A DNA stretch of 64,000 bases from an uncultured SAR86 cluster bacterium (GCA_902614235.1 CACMKG010000001.1:212401-276400); one strand, 5' to 3'. Shown: positions 1 to 10,683, numbered from the stretch's first letter. Notes: generated by a model from the letters alone, not told the origin. Made by a program: numbers and translations.

Positions 1-787
1 CAGGTTCCTCTAAACCAATTTCTTTTAAAAAATCTTCTTTGTCGTCTCCTAATTCACTAATTTCCGCTTCTAATTGATTACACATTTCTATAACTAGAGA
101 ATTATCTTGTGTTGCTTTTTCTTTAACTTTTTTAATAGCTTCTGAATTGTTTTCACTTTCATCAACATTAGCAACATAGATTACTGGCTTAAGAGAAATT
201 AAATTGAACTCATTAATAATATTTATTTCATCTTCATTGCAATCAATTGAACGAGCATTTATTCCTTTAGATAAACTAGATAAAAATTTTTCAATTGTTC
301 CTAATTTTACAGAGATTGTTTTGTCACCACTCTTAATTTTTTTCTTTAAAGATTCTTTTGTTTTTTCCAATATTTCAATGTCAGAAAGAATTAATTCCGT
401 TTCTATAATTTCAATATCTTGAAGAGGATCTATTTTTTCATTTATATGAGTAATTTTTTGATTTTCAAAACATCTCACAACATGGGCAATAGCCTGAGTT
501 TCTCTTATATGACCAAGAAATTTATTACCCAATCCTTCTCCTTTAGAAGCTCCAGAGACTAACCCTGCTATATCAACAAATTCAACCGTGGCAGGGATAA
601 TTTTTTTTGGATTAACAATTTTTTTTAATTGAACTAATCTCTTATCCGGAACATTCACAATTCCTGTGTTTGGGTCAATAGTGCAAAAAGGAAAGTTTTC
701 TGCTTGGATGCCTGCTGAGGTTAGTGCGTTGAATAATGTAGATTTACCAACATTTGGCAAACCTACAATTCCACATTTAAAAGACAT
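1..787 (-). CDS. ychF: Ribosome-binding ATPase YchF, N-terminal ~262 aa (3' end runs off the window)
   Basis: Not in the ORF track because it is truncated. Reverse translation from the ATG at 787-785 gives MSFKCGIVGLPNVGKSTLFNALT (P-loop). The frame stays open to position 2 (..GLEEP). TAATG overlap with the pth stop; pth-ychF synteny. Confidence 0.9.
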   Translation of the reverse strand, partial: MSFKCGIVGLPNVGKSTLFNALTSAGIQAENFPFCTIDPNTGIVNVPDKRLVQLKKIVNPKKIIPATVEFVDIAGLVSGASKGEGLGNKFLGHIRETQAIAHVVRCFENQKITHINEKIDPLQDIEIIETELILSDIEILEKTKESLKKKIKSGDKTISVKLGTIEKFLSSLSKGINARSIDCNEDEINIINEFNLISLKPVIYVANVDESENNSEAIKKVKEKATQDNSLVIEMCNQLEAEISELGDDKEDFLKEIGLEEP

Positions 788-1362
788 TATTTGGAATGAA
801 GAATGTTTAGAGCTTTATCCCAGCTATCATTAATTATTAATTCAATAACTTCTATTCCACTTCTAATTGCACATAAACGTTCTTGTCTTTCTTTTAAAGA
901 GCCTTTTTGAACAACATATTTATTAACTAATTTTGATTCACCAGGATGACCAATACCAATTCTCATTCTTTTAAAATCTTTTCTACCTCCAAGGCTTTCA
1001 ATGATACTCTTCAATCCGTTATGACCGCCATCACCGCCGCCATCTTTCAATTTACAAGTTCCTGAAGGCAAATCTAAATCATCATGAATTATTAAAACTT
1101 TGTTTAAAGGCAAGTTAAGTTTTTTAATTGTTGGTTTTAATGACTTACCACTATGATTCATGAAAATATTAGGAATTAAAAAAAATACCTCTACATCCAG
1201 TATTTTAAAAGAGCTTATTTCTCCTTTTATAGATTTATTCTCTTTTAACTCTAGGGAATTTTTCTCTAAAAATAAATTTATTAAATCTTTTCCAGCATTG
1301 TGTCTAGTATTTGCATATCTCGTACCGGGATTGCCTAGACCTGCTATTAGAAACTTTTTCAT
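787..1362 (-). CDS. pth: Peptidyl-tRNA hydrolase
   Basis: 191 aa. N-terminus MKKFLIAGLGNPGTRYANTRHNAG and GGHNGLKS are typical Pth motifs. Conserved prs-rplY-pth-ychF order. Confidence 0.93.
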   Translation of the reverse strand: MKKFLIAGLGNPGTRYANTRHNAGKDLINLFLEKNSLELKENKSIKGEISSFKILDVEVFFLIPNIFMNHSGKSLKPTIKKLNLPLNKVLIIHDDLDLPSGTCKLKDGGGDGGHNGLKSIIESLGGRKDFKRMRIGIGHPGESKLVNKYVVQKGSLKERQERLCAIRSGIEVIELIINDSWDKALNILHSK

Positions 1363-1382
1363 ACTCTAAAAAAAAGAGTTCT

Positions 1383-2081
1383 TTAATCTCCTTGTTTTTC
1401 AGACTCGTCAGTAGCTTCACCACCATCTTCTTGCTCTGCTTCAGATTCAATGACTTCCCCATCTTCACCTTCAACAACTTCAACTTCTTCTTCAATATCT
1501 AATGTAGCCCTTGTAGCCGAACATGCCACAACGGGTTGATCTTGACCATTTAAAAGGTTTTGAGATAGTTCTACTCCCTCAGGAAGAATAAGAGCGAATT
1601 GCATTATTGCTGAGTTCAATTCTATATTTGTGCAATCTATTTCTATGAATTCTGGGAGATTGTCAGCTGAGCATGTTAGTTCGATGTCATTTTTATTCTT
1701 TGATAGCATGCCTCCCTGATTTTTTACTCCAACGCATAATTCTTCATTTATATATTTAATTGGAACATCTAAGGTAAGCTTAGTCTTTTCAGACACCCTC
1801 TGAAAATCAACATGAATTGGCTCGTCATTTGCAGGATTAACTTGAACGTCTTTTAAAAGAACTTTAAATTCTTTACCACTTTCTTTAAGATTTATAATTT
1901 GAGAGAAAATACTAGGCTGCTCTAGCGCCTTTCTGAGGTCTTTGCTCAGTAACTGAATTTTTACAGAATCTTCATTGTTGCCATAAAGAATTCCAGGAAC
2001 ATTTCCATTTTTTCTTAATATATTAGTTCCTTCGTTTGAATCTGTTCTTAAATTAATTTCTAACTCTGTTTGTAAAGACAT
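1383..2081 (-). CDS. rplY: 50S ribosomal protein L25, long Ctc form with acidic C-terminal tail
   Basis: 232 aa, two-domain L25/Ctc length, with a PGILYG-type N-terminal region. Lies between prs and pth. Confidence 0.88.
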   Translation of the reverse strand: MSLQTELEINLRTDSNEGTNILRKNGNVPGILYGNNEDSVKIQLLSKDLRKALEQPSIFSQIINLKESGKEFKVLLKDVQVNPANDEPIHVDFQRVSEKTKLTLDVPIKYINEELCVGVKNQGGMLSKNKNDIELTCSADNLPEFIEIDCTNIELNSAIMQFALILPEGVELSQNLLNGQDQPVVACSATRATLDIEEEVEVVEGEDGEVIESEAEQEDGGEATDESEKQGD

Positions 2082-2090
2082 TTTGACCTC

Positions 2091-3044
2091 TTAAAGAAAC
2101 ATTGCACTGATAGATTCTTCCTTATTAACTCTATTTATAGCATCAGATAATGTTTCGTCCATAGAAATGATCTTAATCTTTTTTAACTTTGAAGCATTTT
2201 CTGAGAGAGGGATTGTATCAGTAACTATCAATTCGTCTAGCTCTGAATTACTAATTCTTTCAATTGCTGGTCCAGAAAGTACCGCATGGGTGGCATAGGA
2301 AACAACTTTGCTAGCACCTCCTTGTTTAAGCGCATCAGCAGCATTACAAATTGTACCCGCAGTATCGATGATATCATCTATTAATATACAAGTTTTTCCT
2401 TGAACATTTCCAATCACGTTCATAACTTGAGATGAGTTTTCTTTTTCTCTTCTTTTGTCGATTATGGCTAAATCAGCATCGTCTAATAATTTAGCTAAAG
2501 CTCTAGCTCTAACCACTCCTCCGACATCAGGAGAAACTATGATTTGATCTTCATAAGAGGATTTAACAATATGATTATGTATAACTTTTGTTCCATAAAC
2601 GTTATCAACAGGAACATTAAAAAATCCTTGAATTTGATCTGAATGCAGCTCTATAGTTAAAATTCTGTCCGCTCCAGCACTTTGCAACATATCTGCAACT
2701 AACTTAGCACTTATTGGAACCCTCTCAGATCTCACTCTTCTATCCTGCCTAGCATATCCAAAATAGGGAATTACCGCTGTTATTCTAGATGCAGAAGATC
2801 TTCTTAGAGCATCTATAAGAATAATAAGCTCCATAAGATTGTCATTTGCTGGGAAACAAGTAGATTGCAAAATAAATACATCTTTTCCTCGCACATGTTC
2901 ATCGACTCTGATATTTAATTCTTTGTCACTAAATTTATCTACCAAAGCTCTTCCTAAAGTAGTATTTAATTTTTTGGCTATTTTGTTGGCTAATTCAGGA
3001 TTTGAATTTCCTGAAAAAAGAACTAGGTTATTTTTATCATTCAT
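2091..3044 (-). CDS. prs: Ribose-phosphate pyrophosphokinase
   Basis: 317 aa. Contains [17 protein letters not shown] and the PRPP-binding loop [12 protein letters not shown]. Confidence 0.95.
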   Translation of the reverse strand: MNDKNNLVLFSGNSNPELANKIAKKLNTTLGRALVDKFSDKELNIRVDEHVRGKDVFILQSTCFPANDNLMELIILIDALRRSSASRITAVIPYFGYARQDRRVRSERVPISAKLVADMLQSAGADRILTIELHSDQIQGFFNVPVDNVYGTKVIHNHIVKSSYEDQIIVSPDVGGVVRARALAKLLDDADLAIIDKRREKENSSQVMNVIGNVQGKTCILIDDIIDTAGTICNAADALKQGGASKVVSYATHAVLSGPAIERISNSELDELIVTDTIPLSENASKLKKIKIISMDETLSDAINRVNKEESISAMFL

Positions 3045-3053
3045 AATTTATGT

Positions 3054-3128
3054 TGGCTGGGGTGGATGGATTCGAACCATCGCATGGCGGCATCAAAAGC
3101 CGCTGCCTTACCGCTTGGCTACACCCCA
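3054..3128 (-). tRNA. tRNA-Gln (anticodon UUG), CCA encoded
   Basis: The reverse complement reads TGGGGTGTAGCCAAGCGGTAAGGCAGCGGCTTTTGATGCCGCCATGCGATGGTTCGAATCCATCCACCCCAGCCA. It has a 7-bp acceptor stem, a 3-bp D stem, a GCGGC/GCCGC anticodon stem with loop TTTTGAT (UUG) and a GGTTCGAATCC T-arm. Close to E. coli tRNA-Gln as I remember it. Confidence 0.93.
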
Positions 3129-3931
3129 TTTTTATTTAATTCTTTTAATAAAGGCGATTCGTTTAAACTCCTTGTTACAAAATAATTATTATTTTTTGGA
3201 GCATTATCTATTATTTTACTTGCCTCTTCAAAAGAATTAAATATTGCATACAAGGCAGACCCTGTTCCGGTTAAGTTTCCTTTTTTTATAGATTCTAACC
3301 AAATAAAAGAATCATCAACTTCTTTATAATTTTTTCTAGCCCATTTTTCAAAAAAATTAAAATCTTTACTATTTTTTGAATTTTTAAAATCACTAATCTC
3401 TATTTCTTGAAAAGCCTTTGCAGTTGAAATGTTACATTTAGGCATAACTAAAAAAATTATTTCTTCTTTTAATAAAGTTTTGGAAAATATTTCCCCTTTA
3501 CCATTTGCTTTTCTTGCAACTCCCTCAATAAAAATTGGAACATCAGAGCCTAATGAAGAACCAAGATCCTTTAAAACATTATTATTTAAATTTAATTTCC
3601 AGTATTTGTTCAATACAAGTAGCACAGTCGCAGCATTAGAACTTCCGCCTCCAAGGCCTGAGCCAATTGGAATATTTTTCTTTATTTTTAGAGAAACTTC
3701 CTTATTAATTTTGTAAGTTTTTTTTAAAAGATGGATTGCTTTATAGGCAAGATTATTTTTTTCCTTTACTTTTGGGCAAGTAACCTGCGAAGTGCTCGTA
3801 TCAAAATTGAAAGTTATTTCATCTCCCCATTCTAAAAATTGGAAATTAGTTTCAATATCATGAAAACCATCAGGCCTTTTTTTTAAAACATTAAACCCTC
3901 TATTTATCTTGGCTGGAGAAATAAAAATCAT
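3119..3931 (-). CDS. ispE: 4-diphosphocytidyl-2-C-methyl-D-erythritol kinase
   Basis: 270 aa. GHMP kinase motif PIGSGLGGGSSNAA. lolB-ispE-tRNA-prs synteny. The last 10 nt, including the TAG stop, overlap tRNA-Gln. Confidence 0.9.
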   Translation of the reverse strand: MIFISPAKINRGFNVLKKRPDGFHDIETNFQFLEWGDEITFNFDTSTSQVTCPKVKEKNNLAYKAIHLLKKTYKINKEVSLKIKKNIPIGSGLGGGSSNAATVLLVLNKYWKLNLNNNVLKDLGSSLGSDVPIFIEGVARKANGKGEIFSKTLLKEEIIFLVMPKCNISTAKAFQEIEISDFKNSKNSKDFNFFEKWARKNYKEVDDSFIWLESIKKGNLTGTGSALYAIFNSFEEASKIIDNAPKNNNYFVTRSLNESPLLKELNKNGV

Positions 3932-4413
3932 GATTTAAAAATAACAGCAAATTTAAAGTTTTTATATGAACCAACAATTTTCTTAATTTTTTTATTTGCA
4001 TAAATTTCTTCTTTGGTAATTGTAACGTTTTGCGTTGCATACTCTTTGCATTCATTCAGGTTGCATAATTCACTAAGCCATTTACTAAATCTAGATATTG
4101 TAATTTCTTCAATTAAATTTTTGACAGTATTTTCCTCATAAGATTCATTAAAATTGCTATTAATTTTTTTTTGATTTCCATCTCTGACTTCGGTAACTAA
4201 GAAAGTTTTTGGATATCTATCAAGGTTAATTTTTATTTGGCTAATTTCTTTTTGATTAAAAATAGAAATTTTTCCAGAAATGTAAGTATTTTCTGAAAAC
4301 ATTGAGAATTTTCCTATTATTTTTTTAGAATAAGAACCATTTTCCAGATTGGTGGTTGAACAACTAATAAAAAGAATAAATAAAGATAAAAGGAAAGGCT
4401 TTTTAAAATGCAT
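3928..4413 (-). CDS. lolB: Small outer-membrane lipoprotein, LolB-like by position
   Basis: 161 aa. Lipoprotein signal with lipobox (LFISC). ATGA overlap with ispE. Occupies the conserved lolB slot upstream of ispE. I did not verify sequence similarity itself. Confidence 0.5.
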   Translation of the reverse strand: MHFKKPFLLSLFILFISCSTTNLENGSYSKKIIGKFSMFSENTYISGKISIFNQKEISQIKINLDRYPKTFLVTEVRDGNQKKINSNFNESYEENTVKNLIEEITISRFSKWLSELCNLNECKEYATQNVTITKEEIYANKKIKKIVGSYKNFKFAVIFKS

Positions 4414-4460
4414 AATTAAATTTTTTTAATAGATATCGATTTATAATAACCAAATTAGTC

Positions 4461-5549
4461 ATGCTGGATACAATTTTATTAAAGTTAGATTCTATAAAAG
4501 AAAGATACCTTTTTTTAGAAAAAGAACTATCTAATTCTGAAATAGTTAATAATCATCAACTTTATGCGAATTATTCTAAAGAATATTCAAATATAAAAAA
4601 AATAGTAGAAAAATATGAAGAACATAAAACATATTTAGAAAATTTTTCTTCAACTAAACTTTTACTTGAAGACTCGGATCCTGAAATAAAATCCTTAGCT
4701 CAAGACGAATTAAATATTATTACTGAACAACTGAAAATAAATGAATTAGAAATAAAAAAACTTTTAATACCTGAAAATGAAGATGATGAAAAAGATGTGT
4801 TTTTAGAAATTAGAGCAGGAACAGGAGGGGATGAAGCAGGTTTATTTGTTGGGGACTTGTTTAGAATGTTTACTAGGGTTACCGAAAGAAAGAAATGGAA
4901 AATAGAACTAATTAGCTCGAGAGAAAGTGAAAAGGGTGGATTCAAAGAAGTAGTAGCAAAAATTTCCGGCAAACAAGTTTACAGGTTTCTCAAATTTGAA
5001 TCAGGAGTACACCGTGTTCAGAGAGTCCCTGATACTGAATCTCAAGGGAGAGTGCATACGTCGGCATGCTCTGTTGCAGTTTTACCAGAAGTTGAAGAAT
5101 TAGATTCAATTGAAATTGATAAATCAGAAATTAGAGTCGATACTTTCCGCGCATCAGGGGCAGGAGGACAGCATGTCAATAAAACAGATTCAGCAGTAAG
5201 GCTGACGCATATACCTACCGGATTGGTTGTTGAATGTCAGGATGGGAGATCCCAACATAAAAATAAAGCAAAGGCTATGACTTTATTACAGTCAAAGTTG
5301 ATGGAACAAGCAAATAATAAACAAATTGAAAAACAAGATTCAGAGAGAAAAAATATGGTGGGCAGTGGAGATAGGTCAGAAAAAATAAGAACCTATAATT
5401 TTCCTCAAAATAGAATTACCGATCATAGAATTGAATATTCAATTCACAGTTTAGAAGCCTTCTTGGATGGCGATATTGATGAAATGATAGAAACGTTAAT
5501 TGAGGAAAATCAAGCGAGGTTATTGTCGCAATTGGAAAGTAATCTTTAA
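4461..5549 (+). CDS. prfA: Peptide chain release factor 1
   Basis: 362 aa. GGQ motif (SGAGGQHVNKTDSAVR) and an RF1-type PxT motif (RVPDTESQGRVHTS). Confidence 0.95.
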   Translation: MLDTILLKLDSIKERYLFLEKELSNSEIVNNHQLYANYSKEYSNIKKIVEKYEEHKTYLENFSSTKLLLEDSDPEIKSLAQDELNIITEQLKINELEIKKLLIPENEDDEKDVFLEIRAGTGGDEAGLFVGDLFRMFTRVTERKKWKIELISSRESEKGGFKEVVAKISGKQVYRFLKFESGVHRVQRVPDTESQGRVHTSACSVAVLPEVEELDSIEIDKSEIRVDTFRASGAGGQHVNKTDSAVRLTHIPTGLVVECQDGRSQHKNKAKAMTLLQSKLMEQANNKQIEKQDSERKNMVGSGDRSEKIRTYNFPQNRITDHRIEYSIHSLEAFLDGDIDEMIETLIEENQARLLSQLESNL

Positions 5550-5552
5550 ATA

Positions 5553-6362
5553 ATGACATATCAAGATGCTCTTAATAAAGCAAAAGAAAAAATAGATAGT
5601 TTAGATGCAGAATTGATATTGGGATTTATTCAAAACCAAACAAGAGAAAAAATTTTTACAAATTTAAATTCTGATTTAAGTTTAAAAAAATTTCAAAACT
5701 TCTATGAGCTTGTGGAGAAAAGAAGAAAAGGCTTTCCTTTAGCTTATATAACAGGAAAAAAAGAATTTTGGAAAAGTGAATTTGAAGTTAACAATTCAGT
5801 GTTAATACCAAGACCAGAGACAGAATTGATAGTCGAAGAAGTTTTAAAAGAGAAATTAAATAAAAAAATTATTCTAGAGCTAGGAACAGGATCTGGAAAT
5901 ATTTCTATTTCTATTAAGAAGGAAAATCCAGGAGTAATAATTTATGCAACTGATATTTCAATGGGCGCTCTAATGACTGCAAAAAAAAATGCAAAATTTA
6001 ATGAAGCAGACCGTATAATTTTTATGAATCACGATTGGAAGAGAGAATGGCTTTTTCCCAACTTAGATATAATTATTTCAAACCCGCCGTATGTGGACAA
6101 AAAATCACTTGATAAAGATGAGGATGGAGTCTGGTTTGAACCTGAAGAAGCATTATTTTCAAAAAAATCGGGTCTTAAAGATATTATGATCATATTACAA
6201 AAAAGCACAGTTTTTTTAAAAAAAGGGGGCAAACTTTTTCTTGAGCACGCCCCCTCTCAAGCTAAAAAAATAGTAAGCATTTCAAAAAAAGTTGGTTACA
6301 AAGAATTAGAACAAAAGAAAGATTTAAATAAAGACATTAGAGTATCTATACTTACAAAATAA
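5553..6362 (+). CDS. prmC: Release factor glutamine N5-methyltransferase
   Basis: 269 aa. NPPY motif (ISNPPYV) and SAM-binding loop LELGTGSG. Immediately downstream of prfA. Confidence 0.9.
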   Translation: MTYQDALNKAKEKIDSLDAELILGFIQNQTREKIFTNLNSDLSLKKFQNFYELVEKRRKGFPLAYITGKKEFWKSEFEVNNSVLIPRPETELIVEEVLKEKLNKKIILELGTGSGNISISIKKENPGVIIYATDISMGALMTAKKNAKFNEADRIIFMNHDWKREWLFPNLDIIISNPPYVDKKSLDKDEDGVWFEPEEALFSKKSGLKDIMIILQKSTVFLKKGGKLFLEHAPSQAKKIVSISKKVGYKELEQKKDLNKDIRVSILTK

Positions 6363-7105
6363 TGAAACAAGAAGAACTCATGAGGTATAGCAGGCATATT
6401 ATGTTGCCTGAAATAGATATTGTTGGCCAAGAAAAGTTAGCTAATTCTTCGATTGGAATTATAGGTTTAGGCGGCTTGGGCTCGCCTTGTTCAATTTATC
6501 TTGCAGCTTCAGGGATTGGTACTATGAATCTGTTTGACGACGATAATGTTGAGCTATCAAATTTACAAAGACAAATTATATTTAATTCATCTGATGTTGG
6601 AGCAAAAAAAAACTTAATTGCAAAAAAAAAGCTTCTAAACCTAAACGAAAATATAATTTGTAATTCTTTTTCTGAAAGAATAACCAAAAAAAATATAACT
6701 AAGCTTTTAAAAGATTCAGATTTTGTAATAGATTGTTCTGACAATTTTGAAACAAGAAAAATTATTAATGAGTATTGTTTTAAAAATGACAAAGACCTTA
6801 TAAGTGGAGCTTGTATTGGTTGGAAAGGACAAATTTTTAATTTTAATTTTTCTTCTTCCAACTCCTCTTGTTACGAATGTTTGTTTGAAGAAATTGAAGA
6901 AGAAGATTTATCCTGCAGAGAATCAAGTATTTTTTCTCCTTTAGCTGGATTAGTTGGTACTTTTCTCGCAATTGAAATAATAAAAAATATATTAGAAATT
7001 AATAATTCTAAGGAAAATTTTATTGAAATTGATTCTTTGACTAACGAAATACAAAAAAGAAAAATTAAGAAGAATCCTTTTTGTAAAATATGTAAAAAAA
7101 AATAA
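6362..7105 (+). CDS. ThiF/MoeB/HesA-family adenylyltransferase (E1-like)
   Basis: 247 aa. RYSRHI start, nucleotide loop GLGGLGS, two Cys pairs (CYEC, CKIC). Occupies the moeB slot downstream of prmC, as in Pseudomonas. Confidence 0.8.
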   Translation: MKQEELMRYSRHIMLPEIDIVGQEKLANSSIGIIGLGGLGSPCSIYLAASGIGTMNLFDDDNVELSNLQRQIIFNSSDVGAKKNLIAKKKLLNLNENIICNSFSERITKKNITKLLKDSDFVIDCSDNFETRKIINEYCFKNDKDLISGACIGWKGQIFNFNFSSSNSSCYECLFEEIEEEDLSCRESSIFSPLAGLVGTFLAIEIIKNILEINNSKENFIEIDSLTNEIQKRKIKKNPFCKICKKK

Positions 7106-7165
7106 GTTGATGCTTTTTGAAAGCAAAGATATCCTTTAAGACCAAAAAATAAATATGGAGAAAAA

Positions 7166-8785
7166 ATGCTAGGAAACATGATGCAGGATCAATTACTCAT
7201 TTCCGGAGTATTAGAGCACGCTATAAAGACTCATCCTCAAACAGAAATTGTTAGTCATACAATCGAAGGAGAAATTCATAGATATTCAATTGAGGACTCT
7301 TCAAAAAGAGCAAAAAAACTGGCCAATGCTCTAAAAAAATTGGAAATAAAAGAAGGCGATGTTTTAGGAACAATTGCTTTAAATGGTTACAGGCATTATG
7401 AATTATATTTTGGAATTTCCGGTATTGGCGCAGTTTTGCACACTTTGAATCCAAGATTATTTCCAGAGCAAGTTGAGTACATAGTCAATCACGCTGAAGA
7501 TAAATTTATTTTTGTAGATCTTCCTTTTTTACCTATTATTGAAAACGTCTATGAAAATATTCCTGATGTAAAAGGAATAATTCTTTTATGTGAAAAATCT
7601 CAAATGCCAGCCGAAACAAAAGTTAAAAACCTCATTTGTTATGAAGAACTAATTGCTGAAGAATCTGATGAAATAGATTGGCCTGAATTTGACGAAAATA
7701 CAGCATCATCTTTGTGCTACACATCTGGGACCACAGGAAATCCAAAAGGAGTTTTATATTCTCATAGATCGACAATTCTGCATGCTTGGTATGCTTGCGC
7801 AGCTAATGCCATGAATGTTTCTTCTACAAGCGTCATACTGCCAGTTGTTCCTATGTTCCATGTTAATGCTTGGGGCATCCCATATGCCGCTGCAATGTTT
7901 GGTTCTAAATTAGTTCTTCCGGGACCGCATACAGGCGGAGAAGCTATCAGTAAGTTAGTTCAATCAGAAAATGTTACAAATTTAATGGGAGTTCCTACTG
8001 TTTGGTTAGATCTTCTTAATTTTACAAGAGAAAATAACATTACTCTGGAATCTGTTACGTCGGTTTTAGTCGGAGGATCTGCTGCACCAAGAGCGATGAT
8101 AAAAGAATTTCAAGAAAAACACGGAGCTTTTTTATTACATGGCTGGGGAATGACCGAAATGAGCCCGCTTGGAACTTTAAATGCTTTTAATAGCGATATG
8201 GTAAATATGGATTTGGAAGAAAGATATGATTTACAGACTAGTCAGGGAAAGGCTATCTATGGCTGTCAAATAAAAATTGTAGATGACGTTGGTAATACTT
8301 TACCAAATGATGGTAAGACTTTTGGAAGATTGATGGTCAAGGGACCTGCAATTATTGAAAGATATTATAAAGGCGAAGAAACAGCTTTAGAAAATGGATG
8401 GTTTGATACTGGAGATGTTTCAACTATATCAAAAGACGGATACATGAGGATTGTGGATAGGAGTAAAGATGTTATCAAAACAGGTGGTGAGTGGATTAGT
8501 TCAATTGATTTAGAAAATACTGCTGTCGGACATCCAGGCATTGCTGAAGCGTGTGTTGTTGGAGTTCTTCATCCTAAATGGGATGAAAGACCCTTGATGT
8601 TCGTTGTCAAAAATAACTCTGAGGATTGCGATAAAGATTCTGTTCTTAATTATTTGTCAGATAAAGTTGCAAAGTGGTGGCTACCTGACGATATAATATT
8701 TGTAGATGAATTACCTCATGGCGCTACTGGTAAATTATTAAAAACTGGATTGAGAGAAGAATATAAAAACCACTTAATGAATTAA
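7166..8785 (+). CDS. Acyl-CoA synthetase (AMP-forming, fatty-acid CoA ligase family)
   Basis: 539 aa. AMP-binding signature [11 protein letters not shown], plus GWFDTGD and a GKLLK C-terminal lysine motif. GGAG Shine-Dalgarno (SD) 7 nt upstream. Confidence 0.85.
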   Translation: MLGNMMQDQLLISGVLEHAIKTHPQTEIVSHTIEGEIHRYSIEDSSKRAKKLANALKKLEIKEGDVLGTIALNGYRHYELYFGISGIGAVLHTLNPRLFPEQVEYIVNHAEDKFIFVDLPFLPIIENVYENIPDVKGIILLCEKSQMPAETKVKNLICYEELIAEESDEIDWPEFDENTASSLCYTSGTTGNPKGVLYSHRSTILHAWYACAANAMNVSSTSVILPVVPMFHVNAWGIPYAAAMFGSKLVLPGPHTGGEAISKLVQSENVTNLMGVPTVWLDLLNFTRENNITLESVTSVLVGGSAAPRAMIKEFQEKHGAFLLHGWGMTEMSPLGTLNAFNSDMVNMDLEERYDLQTSQGKAIYGCQIKIVDDVGNTLPNDGKTFGRLMVKGPAIIERYYKGEETALENGWFDTGDVSTISKDGYMRIVDRSKDVIKTGGEWISSIDLENTAVGHPGIAEACVVGVLHPKWDERPLMFVVKNNSEDCDKDSVLNYLSDKVAKWWLPDDIIFVDELPHGATGKLLKTGLREEYKNHLMN

Positions 8786-8801
8786 ATTAAAGGAGAAAAT
8801 T

Positions 8802-9257
8802 ATGGCTGGATTAGTACCTGCAGATACTTTAAAAGACTATATCGGAAAAGATATGGGGGAATCGGATTGGTTAGTTGTAGATCAAGATAGAATCAATCAA
8901 TTTGCTGACGCAACATTAGATCATCAATTTATCCATGTCGATTCAGAGAAAGCTACTCCGCTTTTTGGATCGACAATAGCACATGGGTTTTTATCTTTAT
9001 CTTTGATGGCTGGCATGCCAGCTCCACAAGTAGCTCCAGAAAATATGACCATGGCTTTTAATTATGGGCTAGACAGAGTTCGTTTTTTAACACCAGTTAA
9101 TGTAGGATCAAAAGTTAGAACGAAAGCAAAACTATTATCGGTTGATGACAAAGGCGATGGAAGATATTTAGTAAAAAATGAAGTGACTATGGAAATAGAA
9201 GGTCAGGAAAAACCAGCATATATTGCTGAATCTTTGACTATGTATGTTACTGCTTAA
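8802..9257 (+). CDS. MaoC-like (R)-specific enoyl-CoA hydratase/dehydratase, hot-dog fold
   Basis: 151 aa. The FADATLDHQFIHVD motif is typical of MaoC dehydratases. Follows the acyl-CoA synthetase by 16 nt. Confidence 0.78.
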   Translation: MAGLVPADTLKDYIGKDMGESDWLVVDQDRINQFADATLDHQFIHVDSEKATPLFGSTIAHGFLSLSLMAGMPAPQVAPENMTMAFNYGLDRVRFLTPVNVGSKVRTKAKLLSVDDKGDGRYLVKNEVTMEIEGQEKPAYIAESLTMYVTA

Positions 9258-10683
9258 GTTTTTTGTTCAAAAGTTCATTTACTAATTTAGGATCAGCATT
9301 ACCTTTAGTTTCTTTCATAACTTGACCGACAAAGAAACCAAAGAGCTTATCTTTGCCATTTAAATACTGTTCGAATTGCTTTGAATTATCTCTTATTATT
9401 TTAGTAATAATTTCTAAAAGCTCGTCTTCTCCCTTTACTTCATCAAATCCTTCTTTTTTAATCAAAACATCAATGGATTCGTTGGATGACCAACATAACT
9501 CAATTATTTTTTTTGCTCCCGGACCAGATAAGGAACCCTCTTCTAATCTAGAAAGTAAATCAATCATGTCTTTGCTAGAAATTTTAGAATCCTTAATTTC
9601 ACTATTATTTTTATTTAAGATAGCCATTAAGTCTCCCAAAATCCACTTAGCTGCAAGTTCAGGCGAAGATATTTTTTTTGCAACTTTTTCAAAAAAACCA
9701 CTTAATTCTTTTGAAACATTTAAATTCTTAGATTCGTATTCAGATATTTTATAATCTTTAATAAACCTTGAAATTTTTTGTTCAGGAAGTTCGGGCAGTG
9801 TTTTTTGAATTTCTTGTATTTTTTCTTTAGAAATTTTTACTGGTATTAAGTCAGGATCTGGAAAGTATCTGTAATCATTAGCATGTTCTTTTGAACGCAT
9901 TGAACGTGTTTCATCTTTATTAGCGTCATAAAGTCTTGTTTCTTGATCAATAGAACCACCATTTTCAATAATTTCAATCTGTCTATTTATTTCATAATTT
10001 ATAGCCTTTTCTACAAATCTAAACGAATTTATATTTTTTAGTTCCGTTCTATTACCAAACTCTTTATCACCATATTTTCTTATAGATACATTTGCATCAC
10101 ATCTCATAGAACCCTGCGACATATTCCCGTCGGAGATTTCTAAAAAAGTAATTATCGAATGGATTTTTTTCAAATAAGCTACAGCTTCCTTGGCAGATCT
10201 TAAATCTGGCTCTGAAACAATTTCTAAGAGAGGTGTTCCGGCTCTATTTAAATCTATAGCAGATAGATTTTCATATTTATCGTGCAAAGATTTGCCAGCA
10301 TCTTCTTCAAGATGGGCTCTTGTGATACCAATAAACTTCTCTTCATTATCGACTTCAATACTTATTTTACCTTCACCTACAATAGGATCATCAAGCTGAC
10401 TTATTTGATAACCTTTTGGTAGATCAGGATAAAAATAGTTTTTCCTTGCAAAAATTGCTTTAGATGAAATATTTGCGTTAATTGCACATCCAAACTTTAT
10501 TGCCATTTCAATAGTTTTTTCATTCAAAACGGGCAAGACTCCTGGCAAACCAAGGTCGACTAAGGACGCTTGACTATTTTGCGTTTGTCCAAATTTTGTT
10601 GGTGCATTAGAAAAGATTTTGGATTCAGTAGATAACTGAACATGAACTTCTAATCCAATAACTGATTCCCAAGTATTATTCAT
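9247..10683 (-). CDS. gatB: Asp/Glu-tRNA amidotransferase subunit B
   Basis: 478 aa. N-terminus WESVIGLEVHVQL. Last gene of gatCAB. The 3' end overlaps the convergent MaoC gene by 11 nt. Confidence 0.95.
   Translation of the reverse strand: MNNTWESVIGLEVHVQLSTESKIFSNAPTKFGQTQNSQASLVDLGLPGVLPVLNEKTIEMAIKFGCAINANISSKAIFARKNYFYPDLPKGYQISQLDDPIVGEGKISIEVDNEEKFIGITRAHLEEDAGKSLHDKYENLSAIDLNRAGTPLLEIVSEPDLRSAKEAVAYLKKIHSIITFLEISDGNMSQGSMRCDANVSIRKYGDKEFGNRTELKNINSFRFVEKAINYEINRQIEIIENGGSIDQETRLYDANKDETRSMRSKEHANDYRYFPDPDLIPVKISKEKIQEIQKTLPELPEQKISRFIKDYKISEYESKNLNVSKELSGFFEKVAKKISSPELAAKWILGDLMAILNKNNSEIKDSKISSKDMIDLLSRLEEGSLSGPGAKKIIELCWSSNESIDVLIKKEGFDEVKGEDELLEIITKIIRDNSKQFEQYLNGKDKLFGFFVGQVMKETKGNADPKLVNELLNKKLKQ

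Noticed and set aside
2839-3240. 133-aa plus-strand ORF spanning the prs start, tRNA-Gln and the ispE end
   Set aside because: It is antisense to two well-supported genes and a tRNA. The sequence is low-complexity with no recognisable motifs, so it is a shadow ORF.
7111-7125. Hairpin TGCTTT-TTG-AAAGCA after the ThiF/MoeB-like gene, a possible terminator
   Set aside because: It has only a 6-bp AT-rich stem with a 3-nt loop and no following T-run. That is too weak to call.
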